This document shows positions 10,655-24,499 of a stretch of 64,000 nucleotides of DNA, in pieces. This stretch comes from Vicugna vicugna (Eukaryota). The notes below the pieces were generated by a model. That model worked only from the letters and a program-made list of their open reading frames with translations. It had not been told where the DNA came from and did no database searches. A program made the position numbers and the translations under genes. The stretch spans positions 6,464,066-6,528,065 of the forward strand of contig MU058213.1 in NCBI GenBank assembly GCA_013265495.1, given 5' to 3'. Each line of letters opens with the position of its first letter. The first letter of the stretch is position 1.

Positions 10655-11760
10655 GTGTCAGACCTGCTTTGCGGTCTGAAGTCTCTCCCTGCCTAGTCTG
10701 CCTCCTCCGCCTTTATCCCTCGCAGGTATTTCCCGAGTAAAGCTCCCATATGTAATCTCATCTTGTTTCTGTTTCTTGGAGGGCTCTCACTGACATAGGT
10801 AAAACCAGAAATGATCGGTGACCCAAAGGGGGACTTGGCGCTTCCATCCCCACTACTCTGATTCCTGCAGGTCCTGGCTCCATCACCAGGACACCGTGAA
10901 CTACTCACCTTGACAGACAGTAGTTGAGGAGAGGGGTCATCATCTTAGCAGGGATGTTGACCCCAATCATCAGAAAGATTCAAGGCTGCTGTCACACACA
11001 GAGGGCAGGAAGGAGTATCCGTGGAAACTCTCAGTGCTTCCTTGCCTCGTGGTAATGCGAACCAACATCAGAAGGGTCTGATCACCAAAGATGCAGTCCC
11101 TGGAAACTGAAGGTTTGTGACGCATCACCAGTGAGCCACCAAGGCCTATGAGGTGATAGATAGAAGGGGAAGGGAACTTAGACTTAGGGAAGGGACAGAG
11201 TACCAGGTCTGTCCCTGCGACCAAGCGGGGCTGTAATTTATCCCACCAGTCTTCCTAAGCTTCCTCTCGGGAAGACAGGCCCATGGGAACCTTGGAAGCC
11301 TGCTTCCTGAACAGGTTTAAGAAGCGGCTCTTTATTGGCCACGAAGCACCCCACTCACCTCACCTTTCAAGAGCAGGAGCACGGTTGACCAGCAGCCCCA
11401 GAGGCTGCCCTGTGAGTGCTGAAGCCGCACTTCTCTGGGGCTGCTCCCAGCCAGGGGGCTGCACGCGCTGGGGCACGTGTGCCCACCAATTCCTGCCCAG
11501 AGCAGAGCTCTTCTAACAGGCCACTTTGACTCCCCACCATCCTGCCCAAAAGTTTCTCGGAACTGTAAACTGATGCTCTTCCTACAAAATCCTTCCTTCT
11601 CTCTGCCTTTGGCAACAGGACCTAGATTGCAGTTTGAAAGCACACCCACCTCCTTCTCACTCTCTCCCTTACCCTTCACAGGCTCTTTCCCCAATAATCG
11701 CCTTGCGTGTTCAATCCCATTTTAGTGTCTGCAGCACCAAGGACGTGAACCAGCACTTGG
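10655..11760 (+). mobile_element. LTR16-like (ERVL) remnants with short internal sequence
   Basis: Two LTR16-type 3' ends (..ttcccgagtaaagctcccatatgtaatctcatcttg..; ..ttccccaataatcgccttgcgtgttcaatcccattttagtgtctgc). Confidence 0.6.
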
Positions 11761-12540
11761 AGGCTGTTGAAATTGAGCAGTTAATTCTCTTCTGTGTTTA
11801 AAAGTGCCCCTCCCCTAGGGCCTGGAGGCAATGTCACTTTTCACCTACTTTCTTTCCTAACCATACTTGTATACAGTTTTTAATACAGTGCTGATAGGCT
11901 ATGAGGAGAAAAAAGAGAAAAGGGGTATATGTGCAATTGCTATAAAGATGTCATTTCATACTATCTACAGGGTGTATATTTTCTGTGCAATTACGTAAAT
12001 TACACATCCATTGCATATATAACCATTATGTATGTGTGTGATTGTATATTGTTATATATAGTATTGAATAGTTGTTCAAGAATGTAAGCCTTTTGTAATT
12101 CAAAGTATTCCCCCCGGCCCCGGACAGACCCCTAAGTCTGTATAATTCACTGATTCCTGAAAGAATCATGTAGGAATTACGGTTCCTACATTAGGGTTCC
12201 TAATTCCTACAAAACAGCAGCTTATTTCTCAAATTCTGTCAGAGTGTGAGCCTTCTGCTCAGCAGCTGAGTGCTCTGAGATGTTTTCCGTGACTGGTACA
12301 ACATGACTACTGTGCGTGTGAGCTCACATCGGGCTCACTCTGGGCCGCTGACTCATTTGGGCTTGTCTAAGGACAGGTGATAAGGATGGGTCAGGAGTCT
12401 GTCTGAATCATAGAAGAGCCTGGGGAAGGAAGAGTAATTATCCGCATGGTAATTGGAGAGAAAGGGACAATTATGCTGTTTTGTTATGTGGGTCTTCTGG
12501 GCTTTTGGTTTGTTTGTTTTAGTGTGCTTCATCTTATGTA

Positions 12541-12930
12541 TTTTTTAATTGAAGTATACTCAATTAAAATGTGTCCATTTCTGGTGTACAGCATAATGTC
12601 CCAGTCGTGTGTATATATACACATATATTCTTTTTCACTAAAGGGTATTACATGATATTGAATATAGTTCCCTGTGCTACACAGAAGAAATTTGTTTTTT
12701 AATCTATTTTTATATATAGTAGCTATCATTTGCAAATCTCAAACTCCCATATTTATTTATCCCTTCCAACCCTGTTTCCCTGATAACCGTAAGATTGTTT
12801 ACTACGTCTGTGAGTCTGTTTCTGTTTTGTAGATGAGTTCATTAGTGTCTTATTTTTTCTTTTTCTTTTTTTTTAGATGTCACATATGAGTGATATCATA
12901 TGGTATATTTCTTTCTCTTTCTGGCTTACT
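12541..12930 (-). mobile_element. Young L1 3' end, 5'-truncated
   Basis: Same 3' UTR as the L1 at 2338-3578; flanking duplication cttcat(c/g)ttatgt. Confidence 0.85.
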
Positions 12931-15900
12931 TCATGTTATGTGTGTTTGTTTCCTTTCCTTTGGATAAATGCCCAGAAGTGGAATTGCTGGATCATGTGGT
13001 AGTTCTAGTTTTAATTTTTTGAGGAATCTCCGTATGGTTTTCCATAGTGGCCGCACCAATTTACATTCCCACCAACAGTGCGCAAGGGTTTCCTTTTTCC
13101 ACATCCTCACCAACACTTATTTCCTGTCTTTTTGATACAGCCATTCTGATAGGTGTGAGGTGATAATTAGTGATGTTAAACGTTTTTTCGTGTACCTGTT
13201 GGGCATCTGTATGTCTTTTCACTATATGGAAAAATGTCTGTTCAAATCCTCTGCCCATTTTTTACCTGAATTGTTGTGGGGGTGGGGGCTTTGCTATTGA
13301 GTTATACAGGTTCTTTGTGTATTTCAGATATTCCCCCTACTAGATACATGATTTGCAAGTATTTTCTCCCATTTGGTAGGATGTCTTTTCATTCTCTTAC
13401 TGGTTTCCTTTGCTGTGCAGAATCTTTTTAGTTTGATGTGATCCCATTTTTTTTTGCTTTTGGTGTCAGATCCAAAAAAGTCTTCTCCAAAGACGATGTC
13501 AAGGAGCTGGCCTACTATGTTTTCTTGAAGGAGTTTTATGGTTTCAGATCTTATGTTTAAGTCTTTAATCCATTTTGAGTTGATTTTTGGATAAGGTGTG
13601 CAATTGTGGTCCAGTTTTATTCATTTTCCCCCACATCATTTATTTAAGAGATTGTTCTTTCTCTATTGTATAGTATTGCCTCTTTTGCCACAAATTGACT
13701 ATATATCTGGGTTTATTTCTGGGCTCTCTATTCTGTTCCGTTAATCTGTGTGTCTGTTTTTAATGCCACACCATACTGTTTTAATTATTAGAATTTTGTA
13801 ATATAGTTAGAAAGCAGGAAACATGGTGTCTCCGGCTTTGTTCTTCTTTCTCAAGATTGCTTATTCAGGGTCTTTTGTGGTTCCATACAAATTTTAGGAT
13901 GATTTATTCTATTCTCTAAAAAATGTATTGGAATTTTGATTGGGATTGCTTTGAATCTACACATTGCTTTGGGCAGTTCTGACTTTTTAATAATATTACT
14001 TCTTCTAATCCATGAACATGGAACAATCTTTGAATTTATTTGTGTCTTTTTCAGTTTCTTTCATCATCTTACATTTTCCAGTGTACAAGTCTTTCACCTC
14101 CTTGATTACATCTATTCCTAAGTATTTTATTTTTTTTGATCAATTGTAATGAGATTGTTTCTTTTTATTCCTTCTGATAGTTTGTTATTAGTGTATAGAA
14201 GTGATTTTTTAATATATTGATTTTGTAACCTGCAGCTTTACTGAATTCATGTGTTGGTTCTAATAGATTTTTTTTTTTTTGGTGAAATCTTTACAGCTTT
14301 CTATATACAATGTGTCATCTGCAAATAGTGACTATTTTATTTCTTCTTTTTCAATTTTTTTTAATTGAAGTAGAGTCAACCTGCAATGTTGTGTCAGTTT
14401 CTGATGTACAGAATAATGTTTCAGTCATACGTATACATATATATGCCTTTTCATAGTCTTTAAAATTTTTTTTCCTTTTCAATTTGAATGCCTTTTATTT
14501 CTTTTTCTTGCCTAACTACTCTAGCTAGGAATTCTAATCCTATTTTGAATAAAAATGGTGAAAATGGGCATCCTTGCCTTGTTCCTGATCTTAGAGGAAA
14601 AGTTCAGCTTTTCATCATTAAGTATGACATTAGCTGTGGGCTTGTCAAACATGGCATTTATCATGTTGAGGGACATTCCCTCTGTACCCAGTTTGCTGAG
14701 AGCTTTTATTGTACATGAATGTTGAATTTTGTCAAATGCCTTTTCTGCATCTATCAAGATAATCATATGCTTTTTATCCTTTGTTTTGTTAATGTGGCGT
14801 ATCACACTGATTGCTCTGTGAATGTTGAACAATCCTTGCATCCCTGGAATAAATCCCACTTGATGATGGTGTATGATTCTTTTAATGTATTGCTGAATCT
14901 TGTGTGCTGATATTTTGCCGAGGATTTTTGCATCTATATTCATCAGGGATGTGGGCCTGTAATTTTCTTGTAGCTTCCTTGTTTGGTTTTAATATCAGGG
15001 TAATCTGCCCTGTAAAAGAACTTTGGAACTGTTTCCTCTTCTTCTTCTTCTTTTTTTTTTTTTTTGGAAGTTTGAGAAGAATTGGTATTAATTTTTCTTT
15101 GAATGTTTGGTGGAATTTACCAGTGAAGCTCTCTGGTCCTGACTTTGTTTGTTGGGAGTTTTTGATTACCAGTTCAATCTCTTTTCTAGTAATTGGTCTC
15201 TTCAGACTTTTTATTTCTCTGTAATTCAGTCTTGGTAGGTGGTATGTTTCTAGGCATTTTTCCATTTACTCTAGGTTGTTCAGTTTGTTGGCATGTAATT
15301 GTTCACATTAGTCTCTTTTGAGCCTTTGTGTTTCTGTGGCATCAGTTCTTACGTTTCTTTTTTATTTCTGATTTTCCTTGAGTCCTTCCTTTTTTTTTGG
15401 TCTTGGTGAGCCTAACTAAAGGTTTATGAATGTTGTTTACCTTTCCAAAGAACCAGCTGTTTCATTGATCTTTTCTATTGTCTTTTTAATCTCTATTTTA
15501 TTTATTTCCCCTCTGATCTTTGCTCTTCCTTTCTTTTTTTTTTTTTACTAACTTTGGGCTTCATTTGTTCTTTTTGTAGTTCTTTGAGTATCAAGTTAGT
15601 TTTTTTTATTTGAGATTTTTTTCTTGTCTTGTAGTAGTTATTTAAGCTATGAACTTCCCTCTTAAAACTATCTTTGTTGCATCCCATAAGTTTTGTTATG
15701 TTGTATTTTCATTTATCTACAGGTTTTTAAATTTCTCTTTGACTTTTTTGACCCATTGGTTGCTCTGTCACATGTTTTTAATCTATACATATTTGTGAAT
15801 TTTCAAGTTTTCTAATTATAATCGATTTCTAGTTTTATAATGTTGTAGTTGGAAAAGATGCTATATGTGATTTCAATCATAAATTTAAACACTGGTTTTG

Positions 15901-16124
15901 TGGCCTAAACTATAATCTGTCCTGGAGAATGTTCCTCGTGCACTTGAGAAGAATGTGTGTTTTGTTGCTTTTGGATAAAATGTTCTGTATAGATCTGTGA
16001 AGTGCTTCTGTTTCAACCTGTTTAAGGCTGATGATTGATTATTGATTTTTCCGTCTTGGTGATCTATCCATTGATGTAAGTGGGGTATTAAAGTTCCCTG
16101 CTCCTATTGTATTGCTGTCTATTT

Positions 16125-16948
16125 GTGTGTGTGTGTTTTATTTATTTTTTTGCTCCTTATTCAGTAAAAGCTATTACACTGTGAAGTATTATGTTTTAAT
16201 ATCCTTTTCAGTGGAAAGGTTTTCTAAGGAAATGGCTTGGAGCCTTCCTTCCACATTTATCAGATGCCTTTTCATTATTCTCTTCCATTTTTGCAATTTT
16301 GGATCCAAATTGCACGGCTCATTTTGGCAGAAGAGCAGAGATTATTAGATCAAGTCCCGTTGTTACAAGTGACAGAATTAGTTTTCACCAGTTCTACAGG
16401 GTAAAGTCATTTGCCTGTTCCCCAACTGGTAAGGAATCTAGAAAGGAGAGCTTTCATCCAGGACTGGGGATCTTTCTTCTTTTCCATTATCATCACTAAT
16501 TCTGTTTCCACAACCAAGATTTCTAGAAGAAATTCAATCCAATTCCATCTTGATTTCCTTGTTGACTCCTTCCAGGCCACATGTTTCAAAATGGGACATG
16601 ACAATGAGAATAAGCTGCAAGTTGCTTATCTGCACTACGTCCAGTAAGAACCACCTATGCGTTGCTCTGATACGATTTCACTTCGTCCTGGGCCATTAAG
16701 TAACTAATTCCTCCAGGAGCAAGTCAGACGTACAGCCAATGCTACCACCCAGCACTGTATCCCGGGGCTAAACAAAGTGGAATATTCAAACAGGTCTTAA
16801 TTTTTGTAGTCCTCCCAGAGGAACATTAATTTCAACAAACTTCCAAATCTTGGGAGGGTTAGCAGCTTGCAGTTTCTTTAGTCCTGCTCTTCCTGTGACT
16901 TGATCTGGTCCGCTGAATTCTTCATCAGGACTACTGTTGTCAGCAGAC
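16125..16948 (-). pseudogene. ASNSD1: 5'-truncated processed pseudogene of ASNSD1 (asparagine synthetase domain-containing 1)
   Basis: Translates to [69 protein letters not shown], matching the remembered ASNSD1 C-terminus. TAA at 16189-16191, a decayed A tail, and TSD tgctgtct(a/g)ttt at 16113-16124 and 16949-16960. Confidence 0.88.
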
Positions 16949-18465
16949 TGCTGTCTGTTTCTCCCTTTAGGTCTGTTCACATTTGCTCCACGTTCTTAGA
17001 TGCTTCTCTGTTGGGTGCATAAATATTTACAAGTGTTAGGTCCTCTTGTTGGATTGATCCCCTTTATCACTATGTGATGCCCTATTTGTCTTTGCTTTAA
17101 AGTCTATTTTGTGTGATACATGTAAAACTACTCCAGCTTTGTTTTGATTTCTATCTGCGTATCTTTTGAATATCTCTTTCCATCCCTTCCTTTTCAGTTT
17201 ATGTGTGTCTTTACTTCTGAAGCAGGTCTCTTGTAGGCAACACATAGGTGGGTCTTATTTTTTATGCATTCAACCAGTCTGTTTTTTGGTTGGAGAATTT
17301 ATTCTATTTACATTGAAGTAATTCACTGATGGGTATGTACTTACTCCATCTTGTTCATTGTTTTCTTGTTGTTTTGTAATTTCACCCTTCCTTTCTTCTC
17401 CTCTGCTCTCTTCCTTTGTGTTTGATGACTTTCTGTAGTGATATATTTAGATTCTTTATCTTTTGAGTATCTACTATTGGTTTTTGCTTTATGGTTACCA
17501 TAGAACAACCTGTATTTGCAACTTGTATTTGTAACAGTCTATTTTAACTGAAGTTTGAACTCATTCTAAAATCCCACATCTTTGCTCTCCTCCTCCAATG
17601 TTTTATATTTTTGATATCACAGTTTTACATATTTTTGTCATGTGTATCCCTTAACTAATTATTGTAGTAATTTTTTATTACTTTTTAAAAAATCTTCATG
17701 CTAGCCTTATAAGTGATTAATCCACTACCTTAACTATATATTTACTTGTATACTTTCAAATGTTTTCTTGTCCTTAATTAGCACCCTTTCAACTTAAGGA
17801 ACACCCTGTAATATTTCTTGTAAGGCCAATTTAGTGGTGATGACTCCTTTAGCTTTTCACTTGTCTGGAAAGCTCTTTATTTCTCCTTCAATTCTAAATG
17901 ATAACTTTGCCAGGTACTCTATTCTTACTTATTATCCTTTCAGTACTTTGAATATATTAGTGCCACTCCTTTGTGGGTGCAAATTTCCTGACAATAGTCT
18001 CATGAGGATCTAGTTTTTTCTTGCTATGTTTAAGATATTTTTCCTTGCCTTTAACTTTGGACATTTTAATTATGATGTGCCTTGGTGTGGGTCTCTTTGG
18101 GTTCCTCCTAGTTGGGATTTTCTGGGCTTCCTGGATCTTGAGGCTGGGAATGTATTCAGCCATTGTTTCTTCAAATAAGTTCTCTGCCATTTTTTTCCTC
18201 TCCTGCTCCTGGAAGCCCTGTCATGTGAATGTCAGTCCACCTGATGTTCTCTCTTAAGACTCTTAAGCTATCTTCATTTTTATTCATTCTTTTCTCTTTT
18301 TGCTGCTCTGATTGGACAAGTTCCAGTGCCCTGCTTTGAGGTCATCGATCCTTACTTCTGCTTCATCCAGGCTGCTATTGAATCCCTCTGGTGTATTTTT
18401 CTCTGCAGTTACTGTATCCTTCAGCTCCATGACTTCTATTTGGCTCTTGATGATTAAAGAAAAAA

Positions 18466-18591
18466 AATTGGGGTAGGGGGGTAGGTTTTTTTTTTTAATT
18501 TATTTATTTTTCTAGTGGAGGTGCTGGGGATTGAACCCAGGACCTTGTGCATGCCAGCCACTCACTCTACCACTAAGCTATACCCTCCCCC
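18466..18591 (-). mobile_element. Vic-1-type SINE
   Basis: Reverse complement of ggggagggtatagcttagtggtagag..ggtcctgggttcaatccccagcacctcc, plus tail. Confidence 0.88.
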
Positions 18592-20140
18592 TCTTTATAT
18601 TTTCTCTTTGTTGAAGTTCTCGCTGTATTCATTCATTTTTCTCCCAAGTTTGGTGGACATATTTATGACCATTTATTTGAACTCTTTTATCAAGTAAATT
18701 ACTTATCTCTTCTGTGTTGTATTAAGGTCCCCCCGCCCCGAAGTTTTATCTTTTTCTTTCACTTGGAACATGTTCCTCTGTTTCTTTATTTTGTTTGACT
18801 CTGCGTGTGTTTCTATGTATTAGGTAAAACAGCCATCTGTTGCAGTCTTTAAGAAGGAGCCTCTTATGGGAGATAAACGTTACTGTTTAACCCTGCACAG
18901 CTCTTGGTCATCTCTCAAACCTTTGTGATTGCCCAAGTAGCTTCTTTTTCATCGCTCCCAGTAGTTGATGGCATGCCAAGACCTGTCAGGGGCCCAAAGG
19001 GGAGGATGTCAGTCAGCACCTAGATGCAGGCTGATTAAAAGCCCGACCCTCAGGCAGCAGCTTTTAAAGTAGGCAAATAAATGGAGTCCCGTGGGACTGT
19101 AAGTGTAAGCCTCACTGGCGAAAGCTTGGCAATTTGGAGGTGTCCCATGGGAAGCAGCTGCAAAAACTGGGGCTCCAGATGTGTGTCTGAGCTGCTTTCT
19201 GGGAGATACTGAGATGCTACAGTGAGGCCAAGGGAGGCTGCAGAGATGATGTCCACCGGCCTGAGTTCCCTGAGAGCACCTCCACTGGCCTCTAGTTGTG
19301 AGCCAGACCCGAAGCTGGCCCTCAGGCCGAAGCTCCGGGACAAATAAATAGGCCCCTTTCACAGAAAAACTGGGGGTGTTTTTTTTTTCAGTTGCAGTCT
19401 GCGGTCAGTGCCATGCCCTGTGGGTAGTAACTTGTCAGGGACTATCTCTTGAATTGTTACCGCTGGTAGGGCCCAGGAGTGCAAGCGACCGCCCCCACCC
19501 CTGCCCTTGGCCACCAGAGTCAGGCAATCAAGAGTTACCCCCTGGGCAGCAGACACAAAACCAGGGTGCCAGGTGTGTGTAAGAGCTGGCTACGTGCTGT
19601 AGTGTGTATCAGAATTTCTTTCCTTTCTTAGGCTGAATTGCATATATTTATGGCACAATTTGTTTTATCTATTCATTCATTGATGATTTACAATATTTAA
19701 AAAAAAACAGCTTCACGTTGGTATAATCGACACACAGTAAAACAAAGTTCAAAGCACTGACATGTCAATGTGACACGCATCATGCTGAACTACCGTCAAG
19801 GAGTTGACCGTGAACTTGTTAGGGACTTACTGAGGAGTTTGAACAGATGTAGCTCCTTTTCCAGAGACAAGTGATTCAGTGGAGCCAAAACCCAAACTGT
19901 AAATGTAGCCAAATACGAAATACTGACTAAACCCCAGGGTTCTTCATCCTCAAAAATTAAGCCGTCCATGCTAAAAGTTAGAGCACACGTTACAGGTCAT
20001 TTGTGTCTAAATACGTTGGAAGGAGCTTTTTCAATAAGCAGAAAGTAAACATTCTAAATGACCAGAAAGCTTTGTGTCCAGCTTTAGTTGGTGGCGTTTG
20101 TTCTTCCTTAGTGGCCCATAAAAGAGAGATGCATCTTGAA

Positions 20141-20270
20141 GAGGAGGGTGTAGTTCAGTGGTAGAGTGAGTGCCTAGCATGCATGAGGTTCTGGGTTCAG
20201 TCCCCAGTCCCTCCATTAAAATAAATAAATAAATAAACGTAATCCCCTCCCCCCCAATTTTTTTAAAAGA
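20141..20270 (+). mobile_element. Vic-1-type SINE
   Basis: tRNA-like head, (aaat)n tail, TSD aaaagag(a/g)gatg. Confidence 0.88.
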
Positions 20271-20558
20271 AAAAAGAGGGATGGATGTTTTAATCAACAT
20301 CTTTGATTTGAAGAAAGGTGGTGGTTAGGAAAAAACCGGAAAGGGAGTTTCAAGCTACCGAGTGAGGTGTTTCTGGTCACCTTCTGCTTGAGATACCTTT
20401 TTCTCATCCACCCTAAGCCTTAGGAGAAGCACAGGCAGAGGCAGCACAGGATGGGATCCCAGCTGGTCTGAAGACCCACCTGGTCGACCAGACGTAGACA
20501 GTCCTATTTAGATGTCATTACTAGTCCAAGCAGACACATTTCACATCCATTTAAACTG

Positions 20559-20782
20559 CAGTGGACCCTTGAACAGCACAGAGCTTAGGGCACAGATCCC
20601 CACGCAGTCCAAACTCCAAGTATAACTTTACAATCCGTGTAACTCCACACCTGCAGCTGCACATCTGTGGATTCAACCAACCACGGGTTGTGAGGGACTA
20701 CTGTATGTTATGTATTGGGGAAAAAAGTCCACGTACGAGTGGACCTACGCAGTTCAAACCTGTGTTGCACAACGGTCAACTG
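20559..20782 (+). mobile_element. MER8-like Tigger2-derived MITE
   Basis: TIRs cagtggacccttgaacagcac ... gtgttgcacaacggtcaactg. Confidence 0.82.
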
Positions 20783-21267
20783 TACGACCTCAAGCCTTGT
20801 GAGTTTTCCTGAAATGAGAAAGCAAGGTCTAAATGCTCGGCCCTCCATACCTTTGAACAGCTGCCGAAGAGAGTTCAATCTCACACGCTAGTAAATATTT
20901 ACTGCCTCCCTGCTCACTTGTGGGGTTCCCACACAGCACTTGATAAAGAGAGGGTCAGCATGCACTTGTCTTTCACTGCTCTCCATTCAGGGCCTGCTGT
21001 GCTGTTGGATTTTCAGTGGCTGTTGCCTGTGGAAGGGTTGGCTTGGTTAGATCAACCGAGTGGAGAAAAAGGAGGTAAAGGCAATGATTGGACTGAATTG
21101 ATCACATATGAATTGAATTTGTTCATCAGTATCACCAAATGATTTTATTTTTCATTTTATCCATTTCATCACATTCTGTCCCAACAATTTGTTGGGCTCA
21201 AGTACTAGCCACAACCCTGGGTACTGGGGATATATAATGCGTGAGATAGTCTTTTTAAAAATTGAAA

Positions 21268-22005
21268 AAAAATTTTTTAATTGAAGTATGGTTAGTTTAC
21301 AATGTGTCAATTTCTGGTGTACAGTATAATGTTTCAGTCATACATATACATATATATTCATTTTATTTTGTTCTTCATGATAGGCTACTACAGGATATTG
21401 AATATAGTTTCCTGTGCTATTCAGTAGAAACTTGTTTATCTATTTTGTATGTAGTAGTATCTGCAAATCTCGAACTTCCAATTTATCCCTTCCTTCTCCC
21501 TTCCCCCACTGGTAACCATAAGTTTGTTTTCTGTGAGTCTGTTTCAGTTTTCTAAATAAGTTCATTTATGTCTTTTTCTGTAGATTTCACATATAAGTGA
21601 TACCATGTGATATTTTTCTCTTTCTGACTTCCTTCACTTAGTATGACAATCTCCAGGTCCATCCATGGTGCAGCAAATGGCATTATTTCATTCTTTGTTA
21701 TGGCTGAGTAGTATTCCATCATATATATATATATATATACCACAACTTTTTTATCCAGTCATATGTCAATGGATATTTAGGTTGTTTCCATGTCTTGGCT
21801 GTTGTAAATAGTGCTGTTACGAATACTGAGGTGCATGTATCTTTTCGAAGTAGAGTTTCCCCCAGATATATACCCAGCAGTGGGATTGCTAGATCATAGT
21901 GTAAGTCTATTTTCAGTTTTTTAAGGAATCTTCATACTATTTTCCGTAATGGCTGCATCAAACTACATTCCCACCAACAGTGTAGGAGGGTTCCCTTGTC
22001 TCCAG
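21268..22005 (-). mobile_element. L1 3' end, 5'-truncated
   Basis: ORF 21552-21743 (MEYYSAI..MPFAAPWMDLE) plus the L1 3' UTR. Confidence 0.9.
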
Positions 22006-22779
22006 GATACAGTCTATCTGCAAGAACGTGGCAGGCCAAAGGAGTGAAGTAGTAGGCTGCAAACCCAGAGATTAAATGAGTATCTAGACCACGTTGTGGC
22101 AAATGCTAAGAGGTTCAGGTTTGGAACTGGACGATCCTGGTATTTGAAGCTTGCTGCTTATAAAACAAAATGAAAAAAAATTCACAGAAACAAACATTAG
22201 GTCTCAGCCTAGATGTAACCTCTTTCAGGAGTCATCCCTGACTCACATGTGTGCTTCCAAAGCACCTTATCAGATGACTTAACACATGGTCAAATACTTG
22301 CCTGTATTCTCCAGTAGTCTATTACTTTCCTCAAGATAAGGGACCACCTTTGGTTCACCAGGAACATTCTCGTGTGCAGCACTGAAATGATAAATCTTCT
22401 TCGTGAATATATCCTAAAAAGAATGTAGTACTTGCTTCCCTTGATGAGTATCTTTTTCCCAAAGAACTTACTGCTTCAAATTTAGGTTTTAAGTTAGAGT
22501 TTTAAACTCTACCTTGGAATGCTTAAAAGTAGCAAAATTTATTTTTTAAATAAACTATGAAAAATGTGTTGTTAATCTACAGACATGCTGTAGATGACCA
22601 TAAATTGTCTTCTCACACTAGGAATATTTTGGGGCCGGTAAATATTTATCTAGCATGACAGATACATTAACTGGCACCTTTTGATACCTGCAGATAAGGG
22701 AGTCATCACAAATGAGGATGCAAAAGAAAGGCGTGGGTGTGGGGAAGGCAGCCGTCTGTACTGGGAGCCGGAATGGTAA

Positions 22780-23190
22780 TGTTACGGAAATGACAGGCCA
22801 GCCAAGAAACAAGCACCACTCGGAGGGTTGGAGTACTCAGATTTATTACGCCGGCGGGCTCAGAGGGGCTTCTGCTCCGAAGCTCTGAGCACCTCCAAGA
22901 CGTGCACATGAGGTTTTATGGGGTTAATTACAAGTATGGGGCTATTAGCCAATAAGGCTCAAACAACAAAAAGCAAGGAATCAGTACACTGGAGCTTATC
23001 AATTCGGAACAGATCACGTTACTGACACTTGTTGAGCTTGGATTTACGAGTTAGCTTGTTAGCCCAGTAAACTGACACTAAACTTCAGATTTACGAGTTA
23101 GCCCGGCAGAACTTGTATCAGTAAACTGACACTTAATCACACTTAGATTTGTGACTTAGCTCGTTAGCCCAGCTGGGCTTTTCCTTCACA
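22780..23190 (-). mobile_element. ERV1-class solo LTR (young, CpG-retaining)
   Basis: TG...CA ends; 4-bp TSD GTAA at 22776-22779 and 23191-23194; minus-strand AATAAA at 22842-22847. Confidence 0.92.
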
Positions 23191-23679
23191 GTAATTTCAC
23201 AGTAGTATATTTGAGCAAGATCACTTGGAGGGGTTAAGCATGAAGGAGCCTGGTTGCTGAGTGAATGTGTCTGGATTTTATCCTCTGAGCCCATTCCCTG
23301 AGGAAAAGGAAATTCCTGGGGATTGGTTTTTTGCAGGGGAGTTGCACGGGCAGAGCTATGCTTGAGGGTGATAATCTAAAAACAGGAGGGGCCAGACTGG
23401 GGCAGAGGAATAACTCAAGAGGCTGCAGCTGCAGAACCTAAAGGCAAGAAAGGAGAGTGGGGAGGATGCAGAGGAAATAGGGGAGGAATCCAGGGCCTTG
23501 GCCACCAGCTGAAAGACAGCTTTGCTCACTGGTCTGCATATACTCAGTGCCTGGGAATCATTGCTCCATGAACATTTTAGTGAATGAACATTTGTTTGTC
23601 TTTGCTGTTTGGTGTTAATGAAGGACTCAGACTCAGTCACGTTCCTTGTCAATTCACAGATCTTGTTTTCTCGAGATAC

Positions 23680-24140
23680 TGTTGACTGAAATAAATGCAC
23701 AGCCTGAAAGTTGAGTTATGTGTTACTTGGTGGACAATTCTGAGGACTCGAGCTGGGATGACAGCCTCTCAGATCGGCTCTGAGGGACTGCTCAGAAGAG
23801 GTAGGGGAGGAGCTAGGATATATAGGAGCTTTGCAACAAAGACCAGGCAGTTGGAACACGAAAACCAGGCACCTCAAGTTAAAGAATTTAGCGCTTTTCT
23901 CTGTGTGGGAGGAAGCAAACATTCGGGCTCACTGAGTTCATTCCTTTGACAAGCACCTGGCTACCTAGGGCCAGTATCCTGTCCTTTCTTATTCTGAATC
24001 CCCTCAAGGTGCACCGTTGTGAGTGGCTGCAGAGGCTGGGCTACAGGCTTGTCTTCACTGGGGGGTGGGGGCAGCCGCTGATGACTGGATGGCTTCAGCA
24101 TTCTTTGTTTACTGATATGGCTTGCAGTTTTTCATTCACA
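23680..24140 (-). mobile_element. ERV1-class solo LTR
   Basis: TG...CA ends; TSD ATAC at 23676-23679 and 24141-24144. Confidence 0.85.
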
Positions 24141-24274
24141 ATACCCAAATAATTTCTACGCAGGAGAAGACAGATCCCAAATGTTATGGTTTTATATTAT
24201 CTTGTATGGCATTAGCCAGTTGTGTATCTAACCTAGGAACCTGTCTCTAACCTTCCTTTATAAATGTGTACAAA

Positions 24275-24441
24275 GCAGTGAGGGTATAGCTCAGTGGTAG
24301 AGTGTATGCTTAGTATATAGGAGGTCCTGGGTTCAATCTCTGGAATCTCCACTAAAAATCAGTCAGTCAACCAACCTAATTCCACCCCCAACCAATAAAT
24401 AAATAAAATAAGAAAAGAAGATGTTCAAAAAGATTTTTTTT
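24275..24441 (+). mobile_element. Vic-1-type SINE
   Basis: gagggtatagctcagtggtagag..ggtcctgggttcaatc; TSD aaatgtgt(a/t)caaa. Confidence 0.88.
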
Positions 24442-24499
24442 AAATGTGTTCAAATAGCCAGTTTCTTAAGATGCTGCTTTTTATGTTTTTGTTTCTATT

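Larger units (their letters stand above)
12945..19590 (-). mobile_element. Near full-length decayed L1 (5' UTR, ORF1, ORF2) with nested insertions
   Basis: ORF fragments match L1 ORF2 RT (14521-14943 [29 protein letters not shown]), the endonuclease (17036-17245 CCLQET) and ORF1 (17957-18190 RPTPRHIIIK). A GC-richer 5' UTR lies at ~18850-19590. Confidence 0.92.
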
